Shown: piece after piece, positions 23,455 to 37,389 of the stretch
Layout: each line of letters opens with the position of its first letter
How positions within the stretch are numbered: the stretch's first letter is position 1
NCBI GenBank assembly: GCA_951406725.2
Contig: OX597835.1
Span: forward strand, 28,396,001 to 28,460,000
DNA from: Octopus vulgaris
Taxonomy: Eukaryota
DNA: 64,000 bases
Direction: 5' to 3'
Translations under genes and position numbers: made by a program
Notes under the pieces: generated by a model
Told to the model about the DNA's origin: nothing
The model's database searches: none
What the model saw: only the letters and a program-made list of their open reading frames with translations

Positions 23455-23930
23455 ATGAAGTCTGCTTAATAAGTATCCAGACTGTGGCCATAGTAACGAA
23501 GCTAAAGCATGCAGAGTGAATCCGCTTGGTAACGATTCATCTTGAACTCTGCTGTGCAAGCGCACTAAGTTTTAATGTTCTAGCTCTGTTCTGCTGTTTA
23601 CAGCAGTGCTTCGAAGGAAGGTGTGTAGCGTGTGATCATTACAGTGACCATGACAGAGAAAGCTGTCATGGTGATACCTGCTCAGAGGCCTACGCAAAGT
23701 TGCAGAGAGTGTTTGAACCGCACACAAGTATATGAGTGGTTCAGACAGACGTTTCCTAGATGGCCAAACAAATGTTGATATTGACGACTGTTTTAGGAGA
23801 CCTGCAACCAGCAGAAACATTGCAGATGTGCATGCAGCTGTCAGGGGAAATTGTCGAATCACCATCCGTGAGTTATCAGAGGATGTGCAGATTTGTTATG
23901 GTTCAGGTCAGTCCATTATCACTGAAGATA
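23455..23930 (+). pseudogene. Mariner transposase N-terminal (HTH) fragment
   Basis: GDTCSEAYAKLQRVF...TQVYEWF / RFLDGQTNVD.DD..RRPATSR...IADVHAAVRGNCRITIRELSEDVQICYGSGQSIITED is a mariner DNA-binding region. TIR-like start near 23455. Confidence 0.75.
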
Positions 23931-24498
23931 TATATCTACACACATATATACATACATACATATATATATATATATAAATATCTGCATAATAACTTTATGT
24001 AGCATGCCTTACAAATCTCTTTCATAGATATTGGCTACCATATGCTATTATATGGTATCCTGCTGTGATAAAAAGTTGACCACATGCAAATGACTTCCTT
24101 TGAAGTAGAATGCTTACAAACACAAAAGATAAAGAATTCTGCCAGTCTATATATTTCTGACATTATAATCTTTGTTAAAGAATAGACTGAATAAATGGTT
24201 TATTTATTTTGTATTTTATATTTTTAAGTTTTACTTTCACTATCCCAGCATGGCCACAGTCAAATGATTAAAACAAGTAAAACAATACAAAAATAATTTA
24301 TTTTGGTCAGTTTATTTATTTTATATTTTTTGTACTTTTTATCATTTGTATCTCTTTGTATTTGCCTGCCGCTCTTTGTCAATGGAATACTAAATGCAGA
24401 ATGTCTGTTAAAAGAATGGGAAACTATTGGGTGATCTAGCAGTGCTCTTGTACCCACTCACCTGAAGACATGCATAACACAGGTATTGCTGGATCATT

Positions 24499-24730
24499 AA
24501 GGTGGTGAGCTGGCAGAATCGTTAGCACGCCGGGCGAAATGCGTTGCCGTATTTTGTCTGCCGTTACGTTCTGAGTTCAAATTCCGCCGAGGTCGACTTT
24601 GCCTTTCATCCTTTCGGGGTCGATAAATTAAGTACCAGTTACGCACTGGGGTCGATATAATTGACTTAATCCATTTGTCTGTCCTTGTTTGTCCTCTCTG
24701 TGTTCAGCCCCTTGTGGGTAGTAAAGAAAT
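24499..24730 (+). mobile_element. SINE family A, young copy
   Basis: 17-bp TSD aggtattgctggatcat (24481-24497 / 24731-24747). Confidence 0.95.
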
Positions 24731-26125
24731 AGGTATTGCTGGATCATATAAATGCTATAATGTGTATAATAAGTGAAATTATCAGCTGAAGCTGATGCAG
24801 AGAAACAATTGTAATGATTTGGTTTCAAGCCTGTTCATTCCATATTCATGTATTATAACTTTCATTGTTCAGTGTCTTGGTCACAATATAATTATTTCTA
24901 CTCTAGGCACAAGGCCTTGAAAATTTTAGGGGGAAGCGGGCTAGTCAATTACATCGGCCCCAATGTGTAACTGGTACTTAATTTATTGACACTGAAAGGA
25001 TGAAAGGCAAAGTTTACCTCGGTGGAATTTGAACTCAGAACGTAGCGGCAGACGAAATACCGCTAAGCATTTCGCCCAGCTTGCTAACAGTTCTGCTAGC
25101 TCGGCACCCTCTTGGCCACAATATAATGTCTCATTGGTAGATAATAAGTTGGCTTTTTTGGACAACTGCTTATGATGAGGGTGATATCTTCAGTAGATAT
25201 GCATCTGTGTATATATTTAATTATTTAAATATAATCAGGGTAAATATAACCTTATAGTGTGCTCTCCAAGCACCTCTTCAGGTTTTGGTTACCAAATGCT
25301 TTTATGCAATGGGACTTCTATCACTGTGGAAATTTGCAAACAGCCGTTGCCAGTACCGGTGGCACGTAAAAGCACCCACTACACTCTCCGTAGAAACTCT
25401 GCCAGATCAAGATTGGAGCCTGGTGCAGCCATCTGGTTTGCCAGTCCTCAGTCAAATCGTCCAACCCATGCTAGCATGGAAAGCGGACGTTAAACGATGA
25501 TGATGATGATGATCCATAGCATATAAACAAAACATATTAATACACAATATTGCATTAATATCATTCAGCAACAGCCGTATATGTACACTACACTGTTATT
25601 GATGAGTGATATTAATGCAATGTTGTTTGTAACATGTAATATTCAACAATGAACAGCGGGTATTGGTGCATTTGAAACAATTGTAGTGAAACATAACTCT
25701 TTCTACTAAAAGCACAAGGCCTGAAATTTGGTGGAGAGGGGTCTAGTCGATTACATCTACCCCCAGTGTTTGGCTGGTACTTAATTTATAGACCCTGAAG
25801 GGATGAAAGGCAAAGTCGACCACGGCAGATCCTGAGCTCAGAATGTAGTGATGGGCAAAATATCGTTAAGCATTTCACCCAGTATGCTAATGATTCTGTC
25901 AGCTCGTTACCTTATCTAATATATTAAATGCGAACACTAATTTGTGTGTCAGTGTGTCACACTTTGACACCCCTCTCTCACTATTCAATGACATTTCTTT
26001 CTGCTGGGGTGAGAGTAATAGTTGGCATAGAGACAGTGAGGGCAGTGGCGAAGAGAGAGAGAGAGAGGGAGAGAAAAAGAAATCTAGGGAGAGCTGATAA
26101 TGTTTTACCAAAGCTAGTAGTGTTC

Positions 26126-26350
26126 AATTCTTTATTGCCCACAAGGGCCTAAACATACAGGGGACAAACAAGGACAGACAAAGGGACTAAATCGATTACA
26201 TCGACCCCAGTATGTAACTGGTACTTATTTAATCGACCCCGAAAGGATGAAAGGCAAAGTCGACCTCGGCGGAATTTGAACTCAGAACGTAACGGCAGAC
26301 GAAATACGGCTACGCATTTCGCCCGGTGTGCTAAAGTTTCTGCCAGCTCG
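26126..26350 (-). mobile_element. SINE family A
   Basis: Reverse complement of the family A consensus. Related copies with an alternative tail at ~24890-25110 and ~25700-25910. Confidence 0.85.
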
Positions 26351-26578
26351 AGTGTTGCTGGTGGTAATAGCAGTAATAATAAGAGAGAGAAAGTGGGAGA
26401 TGATGCATAACTTTGTTGGACAGAAATTCCTGTGGTCAGCATACTGAACCAACTACTGAACACTATCATTTTTGTTTTATTTTTTGCTTTCTTTAATATG
26501 TATATACATATACATACACACACACATATATAAAATACACTTTAATTGAAATACAGTTTCCCAAAAATTAAACATAAC

Positions 26579-26978
26579 GGATCTTTTCGGTTTGAACGGC
26601 AGTTTTTTCAAGCGGTGTCATATGAAACTGTCACCCATAATTATGACCCTAGTATCGATCTATTGCAGTTCAATCTGTTTTAGGGTTAGGGGTGGGGGGA
26701 AGGGTATATTTTTTTTCCTCACAAATGTAAATAAACCCAATCTGTTCCTTAAACGAGGGACATATTCATACGGCATAGAATGTTTTCACCTCAATAGACG
26801 TCATTGATTGGTTGAAATTGAAGAAAAAAAACAAGTATCTTACAAACTATAGAATTTTTTCAATAAAGCCAAGAGAAAAAGATGTTTTATAAACACATTC
26901 TACCAGTATACGAAGTTTTAAAATGTTTAGTTACGTGGAAATTATTTTAAAAAACTGCCGTTCAAACCGAAAAGATCC
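26579..26978. mobile_element. Merlin-like MITE M1, copy 3 (opposite orientation)
   Basis: Perfect TIRs ggatcttttcggtttgaacggcagtttt / aaaactgccgttcaaaccgaaaagatcc. 8-bp TSD aacataac (26571-26578 / 26979-26986). Internal ttagggttaggg. Confidence 0.9.
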
Positions 26979-27703
26979 AACATAACTAATATAATAAATG
27001 TGAATGTCAGTGTGCCATACATATACCATTTTGGAATCAGGCTGACTCCGTGAGTAAATTAAAACATTCATTCCGGCCGAATCCGGACCTGCAATCTTCA
27101 AATTTTGGATTCCTATGTTTTCATTACTGCGATGGTCTTCGGCGACTTTTTTTTTTTTTTTGCCATGATTTTTAGCGACGAATATGATTAATCATTGGAA
27201 TATGACTCTGGAGGAAGCAATTACAACAAATTCTCCAAAAGTCAGAGATCTGTTTGCAGATCTTCCCATTCAGGGTCAATTGCTTAAAAGCCGCCCTTTC
27301 AGGCGTCTTATAAACTAGTAGTAGTGGTATATAATAAAACGTGTTTAGCCAATCTTCTCGTATTAATATTCTTCCAGGTTCTGTTAACCAAATGTACTCA
27401 CATGGTTTTGGTTAGCCCGAGGCAAAAGTAGAAGAGACTTGCCCAAGGTGCCACACACTGAGATTAAACCTAGAACCACGTGGTTGGGAAACAAACTCAT
27501 ATAAATATATAAATGCACACACACACACACACACACATATTCTCTGCATAAAATACACTTCGTAGTGTAAGATTTCATGACACTGGCAAAGGGTCACGAC
27601 ATGAAATAATTGACCTCGGAAATAAACAGTCATAGTTTCCCATGGCTTTCTAATAATTTCTAAATTAAGCACATTTTTGATAAAGAAATTAAAAAAAATA
27701 TTT

Positions 27704-27794
27704 GGCGAACGTAAAGAATACGCTCGCCACCCGTTTTCGGCGTAACAAAAACCCCAAACCTAAACACCGGGTGTGCGTATTATTTACCTTCGCG
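27704..27794. mobile_element. ~90-bp GG-terminated hairpin element with a telomere-like core (M2); partial second copy at 34920-34993
   Basis: ggcgaacgtaaagaatacg...cacccg / cgggtgtgcgtattatttaccttcgc are inverted arms around aaaaccccaaacctaaac. Flanks aaatattt/aaatgtta may be a decayed 8-bp TSD. Confidence 0.55.
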
Positions 27795-27856
27795 AAATGT
27801 TATATATATAACCCATATACAAATGTGGCTATATATATAAATATATATACATATAT

Positions 27857-28127
27857 GGTACTACTTGGGAACAGTGGTCCCGGTGCGCGCACTCGCGTAC
27901 CCGCGCTAGCTAGTCATGACTAGTCGATCCTTACTTTGTGTTTTTTTTGTGTTATTTACTTTGTTTAGGAAAAGATCCTTATTATTTACTTTGTGTAAAA
28001 AATTTTATTTATTTTGTGTTTCATTTACCTTGCTAGGTAGTCGTAGGATCGACTAGTCACGACTAGCTAGCGCGGATGCGCGACTACGCGAGTGCGTGCA
28101 CCGGGACCACTGTTCTCAAGTGGTACC
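27857..28127. mobile_element. MITE with long CpG-rich TIRs (GGTAC termini)
   Basis: ggtactacttgggaacagtggtcccggtgcgcgcactcgcgta...cgcgctagctagtcatgactagtcgatcct and its inverse at the other end (~75-bp arms). Inserted in (TA)n. Confidence 0.85.
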
Positions 28128-28449
28128 TATATATATATATATGTGTGTACATATAAATACACGCACACACACACATATATACATATATATATACACAATT
28201 GTGAGAAGCCGGTGATTCATTTGGTCGACGCGGAGAGAATTGTAAAATACAAGAAAACGCGCGTGTTTAGAGCGGTACAGAACCACGTGGTTATGGATAC
28301 CTTGCTATACACAACGAACTGGAGAGATAAAACATGTAGTTAACTTGACGTTCAAATGAAATTAAGTAAACTAATAAACATCCCTACCATATATATATAT
28401 GTATATGTATAAATATATATATATATCAGAGAAAAAGCTCTATATATAT

Positions 28450-29306
28450 GGGGAGGGGCAGAATTAGTAAGCGGGGTAAAATGAGTAATTTTAAAATTTT
28501 TATTTTACCTGTTTGTAATCATTACATTAGCATGTATTGCATCATCTTTTGGGAGGGAAAATTACTCGGTTCAGTTGTTGAAGTTGAAGGAGTTTTAAAC
28601 AAAGACGACAGGCTCTTTTTTTTCTTCCAGAAATATTTTCTCAAACATCTCGTTTCTAATTCTGGTTGCTAATAAAAACCGTTGATAAATTTTGGCGTTT
28701 AATAATCAATATTCTTTTCTCAGTTGGAATCCAAGTCAATTTTTTACCAAAAAAAAAAAATCATCTGAAATAGGGTAAAATGAATAATAACTAATTCCAA
28801 AATTTTTTTTTTCTTTAACTACATGGTGCGTAAGTGTATCGGGAAGAAAGTCACTCCAGCAGACCACGAAGAATTTCTAGAGAATATTTGGTATTGAAAT
28901 TTGTTTATGAGTTTCGTTAATTTTATATCACGTACCATTTCTCCCTGATCTTCATTCATTTGACTTAGATATTTAAATTGTTTTTGCAGCATTCCTGATC
29001 TTTCTAATGTGTAAGGATGGATATTGATGTGTAGTGTACAAATATTTTTATATACATAATTCTGAAGAATCGAAGTGGCTTGGCTTACTCATTTTGCCCC
29101 AGCTAAATTTGTTTTTTTATCTTCTCAAAGAGAACGGCGATAATTTTCTGTAGAGTTTAGATTATGTTATAATGTTTTTAATGAATTAAGAGAAGATCGT
29201 TTGCTTAGCTGATATAATTTTTGTAAGGCTGTAAACAATCGCAAAAAATATATTTCTTCTCAAATGTCAAAAATGCAGTAGAATTCCTCATTGTGCCCCA
29301 CCCTCC
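28450..29306. mobile_element. Non-autonomous DNA transposon with subterminal ggggtaaaatgagtaa repeats
   Basis: Termini ggggaggggcagaattagtaa / ttcctcattgtgccccaccctcc. The motif recurs internally at ~28472, 28772 and 29085 (inverted). TA-rich flanks. Confidence 0.6.
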
Positions 29307-29313
29307 TATATAT

Positions 29314-29888
29314 GGCATACATACATACGTACGCCCACACCGAATTTGTTTCCCCATAGCTTTCAGTAAAATGTATATTTTATAATGAAATTTCCTACGA
29401 ATACCTTTTAGTTTGTGTAAATTATGTATATATCAGAATTTAATATGAAACAAGCAAAAATGAAAACTGGTGACCGCGCACACATATAAAGCGACACAAA
29501 TCGCAATGTTTTCAAAATTTCAAGTTTCATTTTGCAGATATTTACGTATCAGTATGTATGTGTGCGTACCCAGGGGCCGACTGAGCCGTCGGTCAATCGA
29601 ACAATGCCCAAGGGCCCGGAGCTCTGTGGGGTTCGTACTCTACATTTTAACTCTCTTTGATATCAATGCTAAGGGGCCCGGTGAACAGTTATGCCCAAAG
29701 GGCCCTTAATACTCTCAAGTCCGCTCCTGGCGCGCATCCATCAATTTGTTTATTTTTATATCAAATTCCGTTATAATTGTAATCTACACCATCTGAAAGG
29801 TACCTGGGAAAAATTTCATTAAAAAAATATTCTTCTGAAAGTTATGAGGAAACAAAGTCGGTATGGGGCCTAATTGTGTAGGTATGCC
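29314..29888. mobile_element. MITE with ~80-bp TIRs (ggcatac...gtatgcc) hosting a hAT-like insert at 29571-29729
   Basis: Left arm ggcatac...ccgaatttgtttccccatagctttcag matches the reverse complement of the right arm ctgaaagttatgaggaaacaaagtcgg...gtatgcc. Inner element caggggccgactgag ... ctcaagtccgctcctg. Confidence 0.65.
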
Positions 29889-30049
29889 TATATATATTAA
29901 ATACGTGTGTGGAATCGAATTTCGCGTGTATCATGATTGCGCTTATACAAAACTCCTGACTGTCGAGTCAATTTCTTTCAATTAAAAAGATATATACTCC
30001 AATCAAATGTGTTGAGGGCCATTTTCGTTCCTTTGTCCACGCAGTCTAG

Positions 30050-31582
30050 TGTGTGTGTGTGTGTATGTATGTATGTGTGTGTGTATGTATGTATGTGTGT
30101 GTGTATGTATGTATGTGTGTGTGTATGTATGTATGTTTGTATGTATGTATGTACGTATGTATGTATGTACGTATGTATGTATGTATGTATGTATGCATTT
30201 ACATATGTATGTGTGTATGTATGTATGCATGTGTGTATGTATGTACGTATGTATGTATATATGTATTATGTACGTATGCATGTATGTTTTATGTACGTAT
30301 GCATGTATGTATGTATGTATGTGTGTATGCATATATGCATGTATGTATGTATGTGTGTATGTATATATATATGTATGCATGTATATATGCATGTATGTAT
30401 GTGTGTATGCATGTATGTATATATGCATGTATGTATGTATGTGTGTATGTATGTGTATGCATGCATGCATGATGTATGTATGTATGTATGCATGTACGTA
30501 TGTATGTATGCATGTACGTACGTATGTATGTATGTATGCATGTATGTATGTATGTATGTATGTATGCATGTATGTATGTATGTATGTATGTATGTATGTA
30601 TGTATGTATGTATGTATGTATGTATGTATGTATGTATGTATGTATGTATGTATGTATGTATGTATGTATGTATGTATGTATGTATGTATGTATGTATGTA
30701 TGTATGTATGTATGTATGTATGTATGTATGTATGTATGTATGTATGTATGTATGTATGTATGTATGTATGTATGTATGTATGTATGTATGTATGTATGTA
30801 TGTATGTATGTATGTATGTATGTATGTATGTATGCATGCATGTATGTATGTATGTATGTATGTATGTATGTATGTATGTATGTATGTATGCATGTATGTA
30901 TGTATGCATGTATGTATGTATGTATGCATGTATGTATGTATGTATGTATGCATGCATGTATGTATGTATGCATGTATGTATGTATGTATGTATGTATGTA
31001 TGTATGTATGTATGTATGTATGTATGTATGTATGTATGTATGTATGTATGTATGTATGTATGTATGTATGTATGTATGTATGTATGCATGCATGTATGTA
31101 TGTATGTATGTATGTATGTATGTATGTATGTATGTATGTATGTATGTATGTATGTACGTATGTATGTATGTATGTATGTATGTATGTATGTATGTATGTA
31201 TGTATGCATGTATGTATGTATGTATGTATGTATGTATGCATGTATGTATGTATGCATGTATGTATGTATGTATGTATGTATGTATGTATGTATGTATGTA
31301 TGTATGTATGTATGTATGTATGCATGTATGTATGTATGTATGTATGTATGTATGTATGTATGTATGTATGTATGTATGCATGTATGTATGTATGTATGCA
31401 TGTATGTATGTATGTATGTATGCATGTATGTATGGATGTATGTATGCATGTATGTATGTATGTATGCATGTATGTATGTATGCATGTATGTATGTATGTA
31501 TGCATATATGTATGCATATATGTATGTATGTATGTATGCATATATGTATGTATGTACGTACGTATGTATGTATGTGTATATG
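30050..31582. repeat. ~1.5-kb (TATG)n microsatellite
   Basis: Directly visible. Pure core at ~30570-30830 with degenerate edges. Confidence 0.98.
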
Positions 31583-31859
31583 TTTGTCCACGTCGCGGTA
31601 TTCGTTGTTTACTTCGTTTTAAAAACCGGTGTCGTGTCCCGAGTAAATTTATCCCATAACGTTGGGATTCGGGAAATAAATAAATAAATAGATAAAAAAT
31701 AATGGATTAAACTTAAAATCCGAACCGAAATAAATACTTACAAGGACCGATGGTGATATTACCAATGAAAGAAAAAGAAAAGCATGCCCGTGCCTGGACA
31801 TGTCCTTTGACTACACACACACGCACACAAACAGACACACACACACACACGCACATGCC

Positions 31860-32026
31860 TTCGCATTAGCCAATACGTTGCAGTATCTGCTCTCACTCTC
31901 TCTTTCTCTCTCTCTCTCTCTCACTCTCTCTACCCCTCGTTCTTTCCCGCTCTCTTTGTGTGTGTCTTCGCAAACCACGCTCGTTGAATGAGCTGCGAAA
32001 ACATCTACCTCCTGATACAGGTGAGT
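31860..32026 (+). promoter_or_regulatory. Candidate promoter and first exon of an unidentified gene
   Basis: CCAAT at 31870-31874, (CT)n tract, CpG-rich unique sequence, ATG at 31988 (MSCENIYLLIQ), then a perfect donor CAG|GTGAGT at 32020/32021. Confidence 0.4.
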
Positions 32027-33089
32027 CATTTTGCTTTAACATTACGATCATCAATATCACCAATCATCATTATTATTGTCATGTCTCTGTGGCTAATATC
32101 AGGAATTATTATCATCATTATTATATGTTTCACGTGGATAAAGAGCGCGATAGAAACAGGAAGGCTGTCAACGTCTGCTTTCCATTCTCTAATTTCTCTT
32201 TCACTATTTCTTTTAACATTTCACATCTTCTCTTAAACCTAAGTAATCTATGTATATTAAAATCATTCCTAAATTTATACGTTATAAATACCACTCATGA
32301 TGCTTATACAATATTGGAGCATCATATATACATATGTTCACTATAGCAAACATATGTACGGGGTCGTTAGAAATCGAAAGAACTATTTCGATTAAAACAA
32401 AGGGAGAACCATTGTCTAGAATCTTAAAAATAATTTTAAAAAAAGACTAGAAATAATATTTCTGAGGTTAATTTTTGTTTCAAAGAAGCAAGATGCAGTA
32501 GTAATTTTAGCAAAATTCAACACTTCTTCGTTATAATAATCCACTTATCTTTGGTCGTCCGGCGCTTGAATCAGTACTTTCTTTACTGCTATTTAACCAT
32601 TGGTCATCTGTGATCGAACAGACCAAACTTGGGATCAGTCTTAAATTCCACGATCACTCATCATATTAGAGTTAGTTTCTTTATTTAAGACGGGTGTTAG
32701 TGATTTAAGGAACCCGGCTGCTGTTTCTAACACCGGGCTATTGCACAAGAAGCTCATTGGGTGAAATGTGTTTACTAGTTTGTCTTCGCTGCAAATTTTT
32801 CGTATAAGTATCGAAATATGGTTTTTTCTTCATCTTTTAGCTTCTTTACAAATCGTCTTTGCCATTCCCCCTTCACCTGTTATCTCTGAATTTAAAACTC
32901 TAATGGAAAACTGATTTGCGTTAATCCACGCTCTTCGATTTGACTTTTATTTTTCGCGATGCTTTTACGTAACGGTCGTAAAGTTGAAAAGAATGCACAA
33001 ATAGAAACCTAATTTAATTTAAATATCGAATAAACAAAATTTCAACATAAGCATACTTAATGATATTTTAAATCGGCATAGTTTCGGTT

Positions 33090-33770
33090 GTATTGATGGG
33101 GTGTGGGAGACAGACAGTATGTTGTGTAAGTGAAGTGCTTCTGTTAGTGTGTGCAAAGAGACAGACATACATATACACATACACCGAGTACATACATACA
33201 TACACACACACACATACATAGATACATACACACACACATACATACACACACACATACTTACACACACACACACACACACATAGATACATACACACATACA
33301 TATACACATACACCGAGTAAAAAATTACACTGAATCGACCATACATACATATACACACATACATAGATACATACACACACACACATACATGCAGACATAC
33401 ATATACACATACACCGAGTAAAAAATTACGATGAATCGGCCATACATACATACATACACACACACATACTTACACACACACACATACATAGATACATGCA
33501 TACATACATATACACATACATGCATACATACATATACACATACACCGAGTAAAAAATCAGTTATCTCTCTCTTTCACACATTACTCTCTCTGTCTCTTCG
33601 CACACACTAACAGAAGCACTTCACTTACACAACATACTGTCTGTCTCCCACACCCCATCAAACACACACAGGCCGATTTCAAAGTGAAACCTTCTCGTCA
33701 TAAAATCGCTTCCTCTTAGTCTCTTTCGCTCTCATTACTTATGTAAAAAAATAAAAGTTTTTTACGGAAA
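33090..33770. mobile_element. Rolling-circle-type mosaic repeat with internal minisatellite and inverted 70-bp segments
   Basis: 33093-33164 is the inverse of 33590-33660. Repeated acatacaccgagtaaaaaat units. 33545-33760 matches 17560-17820, inside the Helitron cluster. Confidence 0.55.
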
Positions 33771-35362
33771 TCGACGGAAATCTGCGCTACGACATGCGAA
33801 ACTTCGCCTTTAAATCTATAAATTAAACAAAATATAGCTGTAAACAAAATATAGCTGTATGATTTAATCCTTGCTTTTACGGTCCTAAAATTCCCCATTA
33901 TGTGTGGGTAAAAAACCAATTTCAGTTTCGAGCCGTAAAAGTGAGGATACCGACCAGAAGCTAAATAGAAGCTGATTGTTCTTGTGAAATAAGACACCCA
34001 GCATGTGCGTGTTCTTTGTTCTTTTGTGGTGCCTAGGAGAATTTAGCTGTTATTTCTAGCAAGCGTGTGTGTCGTTATATCTTACGGTCTAAATTATATT
34101 TCGGATGTTTTCGCATGTTTTACTGTCTTCTGAACACCGTCTTCCATATAGATATATACATTTGTATTTATAGTTTCTCTTAACTAATTGCCGGGAGACA
34201 AAATTAACGATTGATTTGTAAATACGTTAAAATTAAAACATTGTACTTTTTCATTGATGTTTATATTTTCGATCCTTCTATTGTGAAGGATATTGTGAAA
34301 GTGGTGTGTTGGCGGTGGTGGTGGTGGGAGTTTGGATGATGAAATATTGCAAGATCTTGCAATAGCTTTTGAAAGAGGCGGTCCCCACTACGATCAATGG
34401 GTTTCATGCCTAGCGGAAATTAATGAGAACAACGAAAAGATGGGATGGTGACAACTATAATGTATGATCAGGTCAGTCAACTCGTCAAACGTGTGTAAAT
34501 ATGTAGAGTATGTATATATATATATGTATATACGTATACACGCACTATCATCGTATTCGAAGTAACCTTGTAGTTATTTTTTTCATAAATATAGCAGTGA
34601 ATTGTCCTTATACATCTCTATGCGTACAATACACCTGCTTACACGCGCGCGTATGAACATAATACGATGAAATCTTTACGTGGTTACTTAGCATGCTAGA
34701 AATAACAGCCAAATATCTCAAATCACGCACCTTTATGCCAGTAAGGAGAGGCGGTAATCATGTTAGATTTGCTGTTTTTCATGCCTCCGCTCGAATAATG
34801 GACGCTTGTTAATTTGTAATTCGCCTGGCAGTAATGAAGTTTTGAAGCTTTACGTTATAAAGATCTGGTTTAATCATTCAATAACAGATTCCCGCATTGG
34901 TTCATTTGTAAGAATATGTGGCGGAGGTAAAGAAAAATGTACACCATCCGTTTTCGGCCTAACGAAAACCCTAACCCCAAACGCCGGGTGGTCACCATGT
35001 GACAGCTACATACATACATATATGCACATGTGTGTGTGTGTTTGTATGTGTATTATGTACGTATGTGTGCGTATGCCTACATATATATATATATATAATC
35101 TGCATTGTCATTTAACGTTCGTTTTCCATGCTGCCATGGGTTGGACGGTATGACAGGAGCTGACCAGCTGTCGAGCAGCCCACGCTGGTTTCTACAGCTG
35201 GATGCCCTTCCTAACGCTAAACCACCATACAGTGTTCTGGGTGTTTTTACCGTAGCCCCGGTGCATGTATATCTGCATATATATATATACACATACACAC
35301 ACAAACACATGCATATATATAAGCATGTGCGTATACATATGTGCATATATATATATATATGC

Positions 35363-35552
35363 GTGGAGGCGCAATGGCCCAGTGGTTAGGGCAGCGGATT
35401 CGCGGTTTCGATTCCCAGACCCGACGTTGTGAGTGTTTATTGAGCGAAAACACCTAAAACCTCCACGACGCTCCGGCAGGGGTGGTGATCTAAAAACAAT
35501 GCGAACGCATTGTGACCAGCGATGTGTAAGAACATCTGATGGTCTGGTCGGT

Positions 35553-35558
<6 letters not shown>
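35363..35558 (+). mobile_element. SINE family C (internally deleted)
   Basis: gtggaggcgcaatggcccagtggttagggcagcgg head; tail ggtcggtcacgtgat. Confidence 0.8.
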
Positions 35559-35613
<55 letters not shown>

Positions 35614-36623
35614 CATATATATATATGCATATGTATACATTTATATTGTTTATGTGCATCTATCTATCCTTTAAGCGATATTTGCATCCTAGTATTCAGT
35701 GAAACCTAAATACGTTAGTTTTGCATTGAAGTATATTGGTATTTAAAATATTTATAAAATAGGAAAAGGAAGAAAATGGAGAAGTTGGTGTATAGACATC
35801 TATTTATTCAAAGATATTCTAATCAATATAATATGAAATTCTTGTCCCTACAACCCTTTGCATGTCCAATTAATTTCAATTAGAGAAATTAAATTTATAT
35901 ATATATATATATAAACAAACTTTAGGCTGTTTCTATACATAATACGACTTGATCTCTGTTCTTGAGTGTGATCTTTGCCAGATTTCAACATATATTATTA
36001 CTAGAAGTAATATACAACGATATATCAAGAACAGAATAATTACAAAGATAATTTAAGAACTATCTTAGATGGGTGTGAGATTCTTCTAAGTACCCTCCCA
36101 GAAAATCCGCCCCCTAAGATTTAATTGATATCACACACTCGCGCCCACGCTAGCACACTCGCCTACGCGCCATCCAAGTGCGCTCACATCCATGCAAGAT
36201 GTACTTTGGTTCGCCTCCTCTCCCTTATTTGAAATTGTATTTGTTAGTTTAGCCCCTGGCCAGTTCTTACTTAGCAGCTGCAGACATGTTAAAAATTAAA
36301 ATTAGGGGGAAAAAAAGAAATAAAAGCTTTCGTGCTGGAAACACTCTGTCTTGAGTTCGGACTACATGCATGCGTATTTTATAGGAAGACGGGCACACAG
36401 GCTTAACTGTTCATCTATCTATCTATCCGCCGAGGTCGACTTTGCCTTTCATCCTTTCAGGGTCGATAAATAAAGTACCAGTTTCGCACTGGGTCGATAT
36501 AATCGACTTAATCCCTTTGTCTGTCCTTGTTTGTCCCCTCTATGTTTAGCCCCTTGTGGGCAATAAAGAAATCTATCTATCTATGTATGTATCTATCTAT
36601 ATCTGTCTGTCCATCATCCATCC

Positions 36624-36737
<114 letters not shown>

Positions 36738-37389
36738 TTCTGTGTCTGTCTGTTTCTATCTATCTGAATGTCTAAATGTGTGATACACTTGAAGAAACAT
36801 AACAGCATTAATGAGTTTCTTTATAACATATAAGACGGTAGAGTATGATTCGAGGGAGATTTGGCTACTATATATAACAGTCTTTTGCTTGCTTGTTAAC
36901 GGGCTTTGTCCGCATGTTTTAAGGACTAGCACGAGGTAACCTAACCCTTTAACATCGCGCAACGCTTATGTTTAAGGTAGCAGCGTGACTAGGGTCCCAT
37001 GTAGGAGAAAGAAGGGGATGGGAGAGAGACTGCGTGGTCCTGTTCGAGCTGTTAGAAATAGCGAATCTTTCGTGTTTCAGTAAATTTTAAAATTTCAAAA
37101 AGTATGAGCCAAACAGTAAAGATCCGGAATAGCAACCAAAGGGACACGCGCGTTAATTTAATCCCTTCATGCACAATGTCTGCTCTGCTAGAAATAGCTG
37201 TCAAATCTCCATAGAAACTAATCCATGTCGTTTCGCTACCGTGAAACACATACGCATACACGAGTAGATATAATCCTTAGACACGCAATGCTTGATCTGT
37301 TAGAAATAGCAGGTAAATCTCCCTTAAATCAAATCTGAACATCTTGTATAACGAAATGACATGGTTAGATGATGTAGTCTTAGCTATAT

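Noticed and set aside
27030-27330. Possible coding exon (short open frames on both strands)
   Set aside because: Frames are under 60 aa and lack clean splice pairs; INHWN-like residues suggest an old LINE remnant.
31640-31675. Small nested hairpin tcccga...atccca/tgggat...tcggga
   Set aside because: Single occurrence with short stems and no recognisable RNA family motif.
29937-31687. Several 400-560-aa ORFs (MYVC/HTYI repeats)
   Set aside because: Pure read-through of (TATG)n, which lacks stops in all frames; not evidence of a protein.
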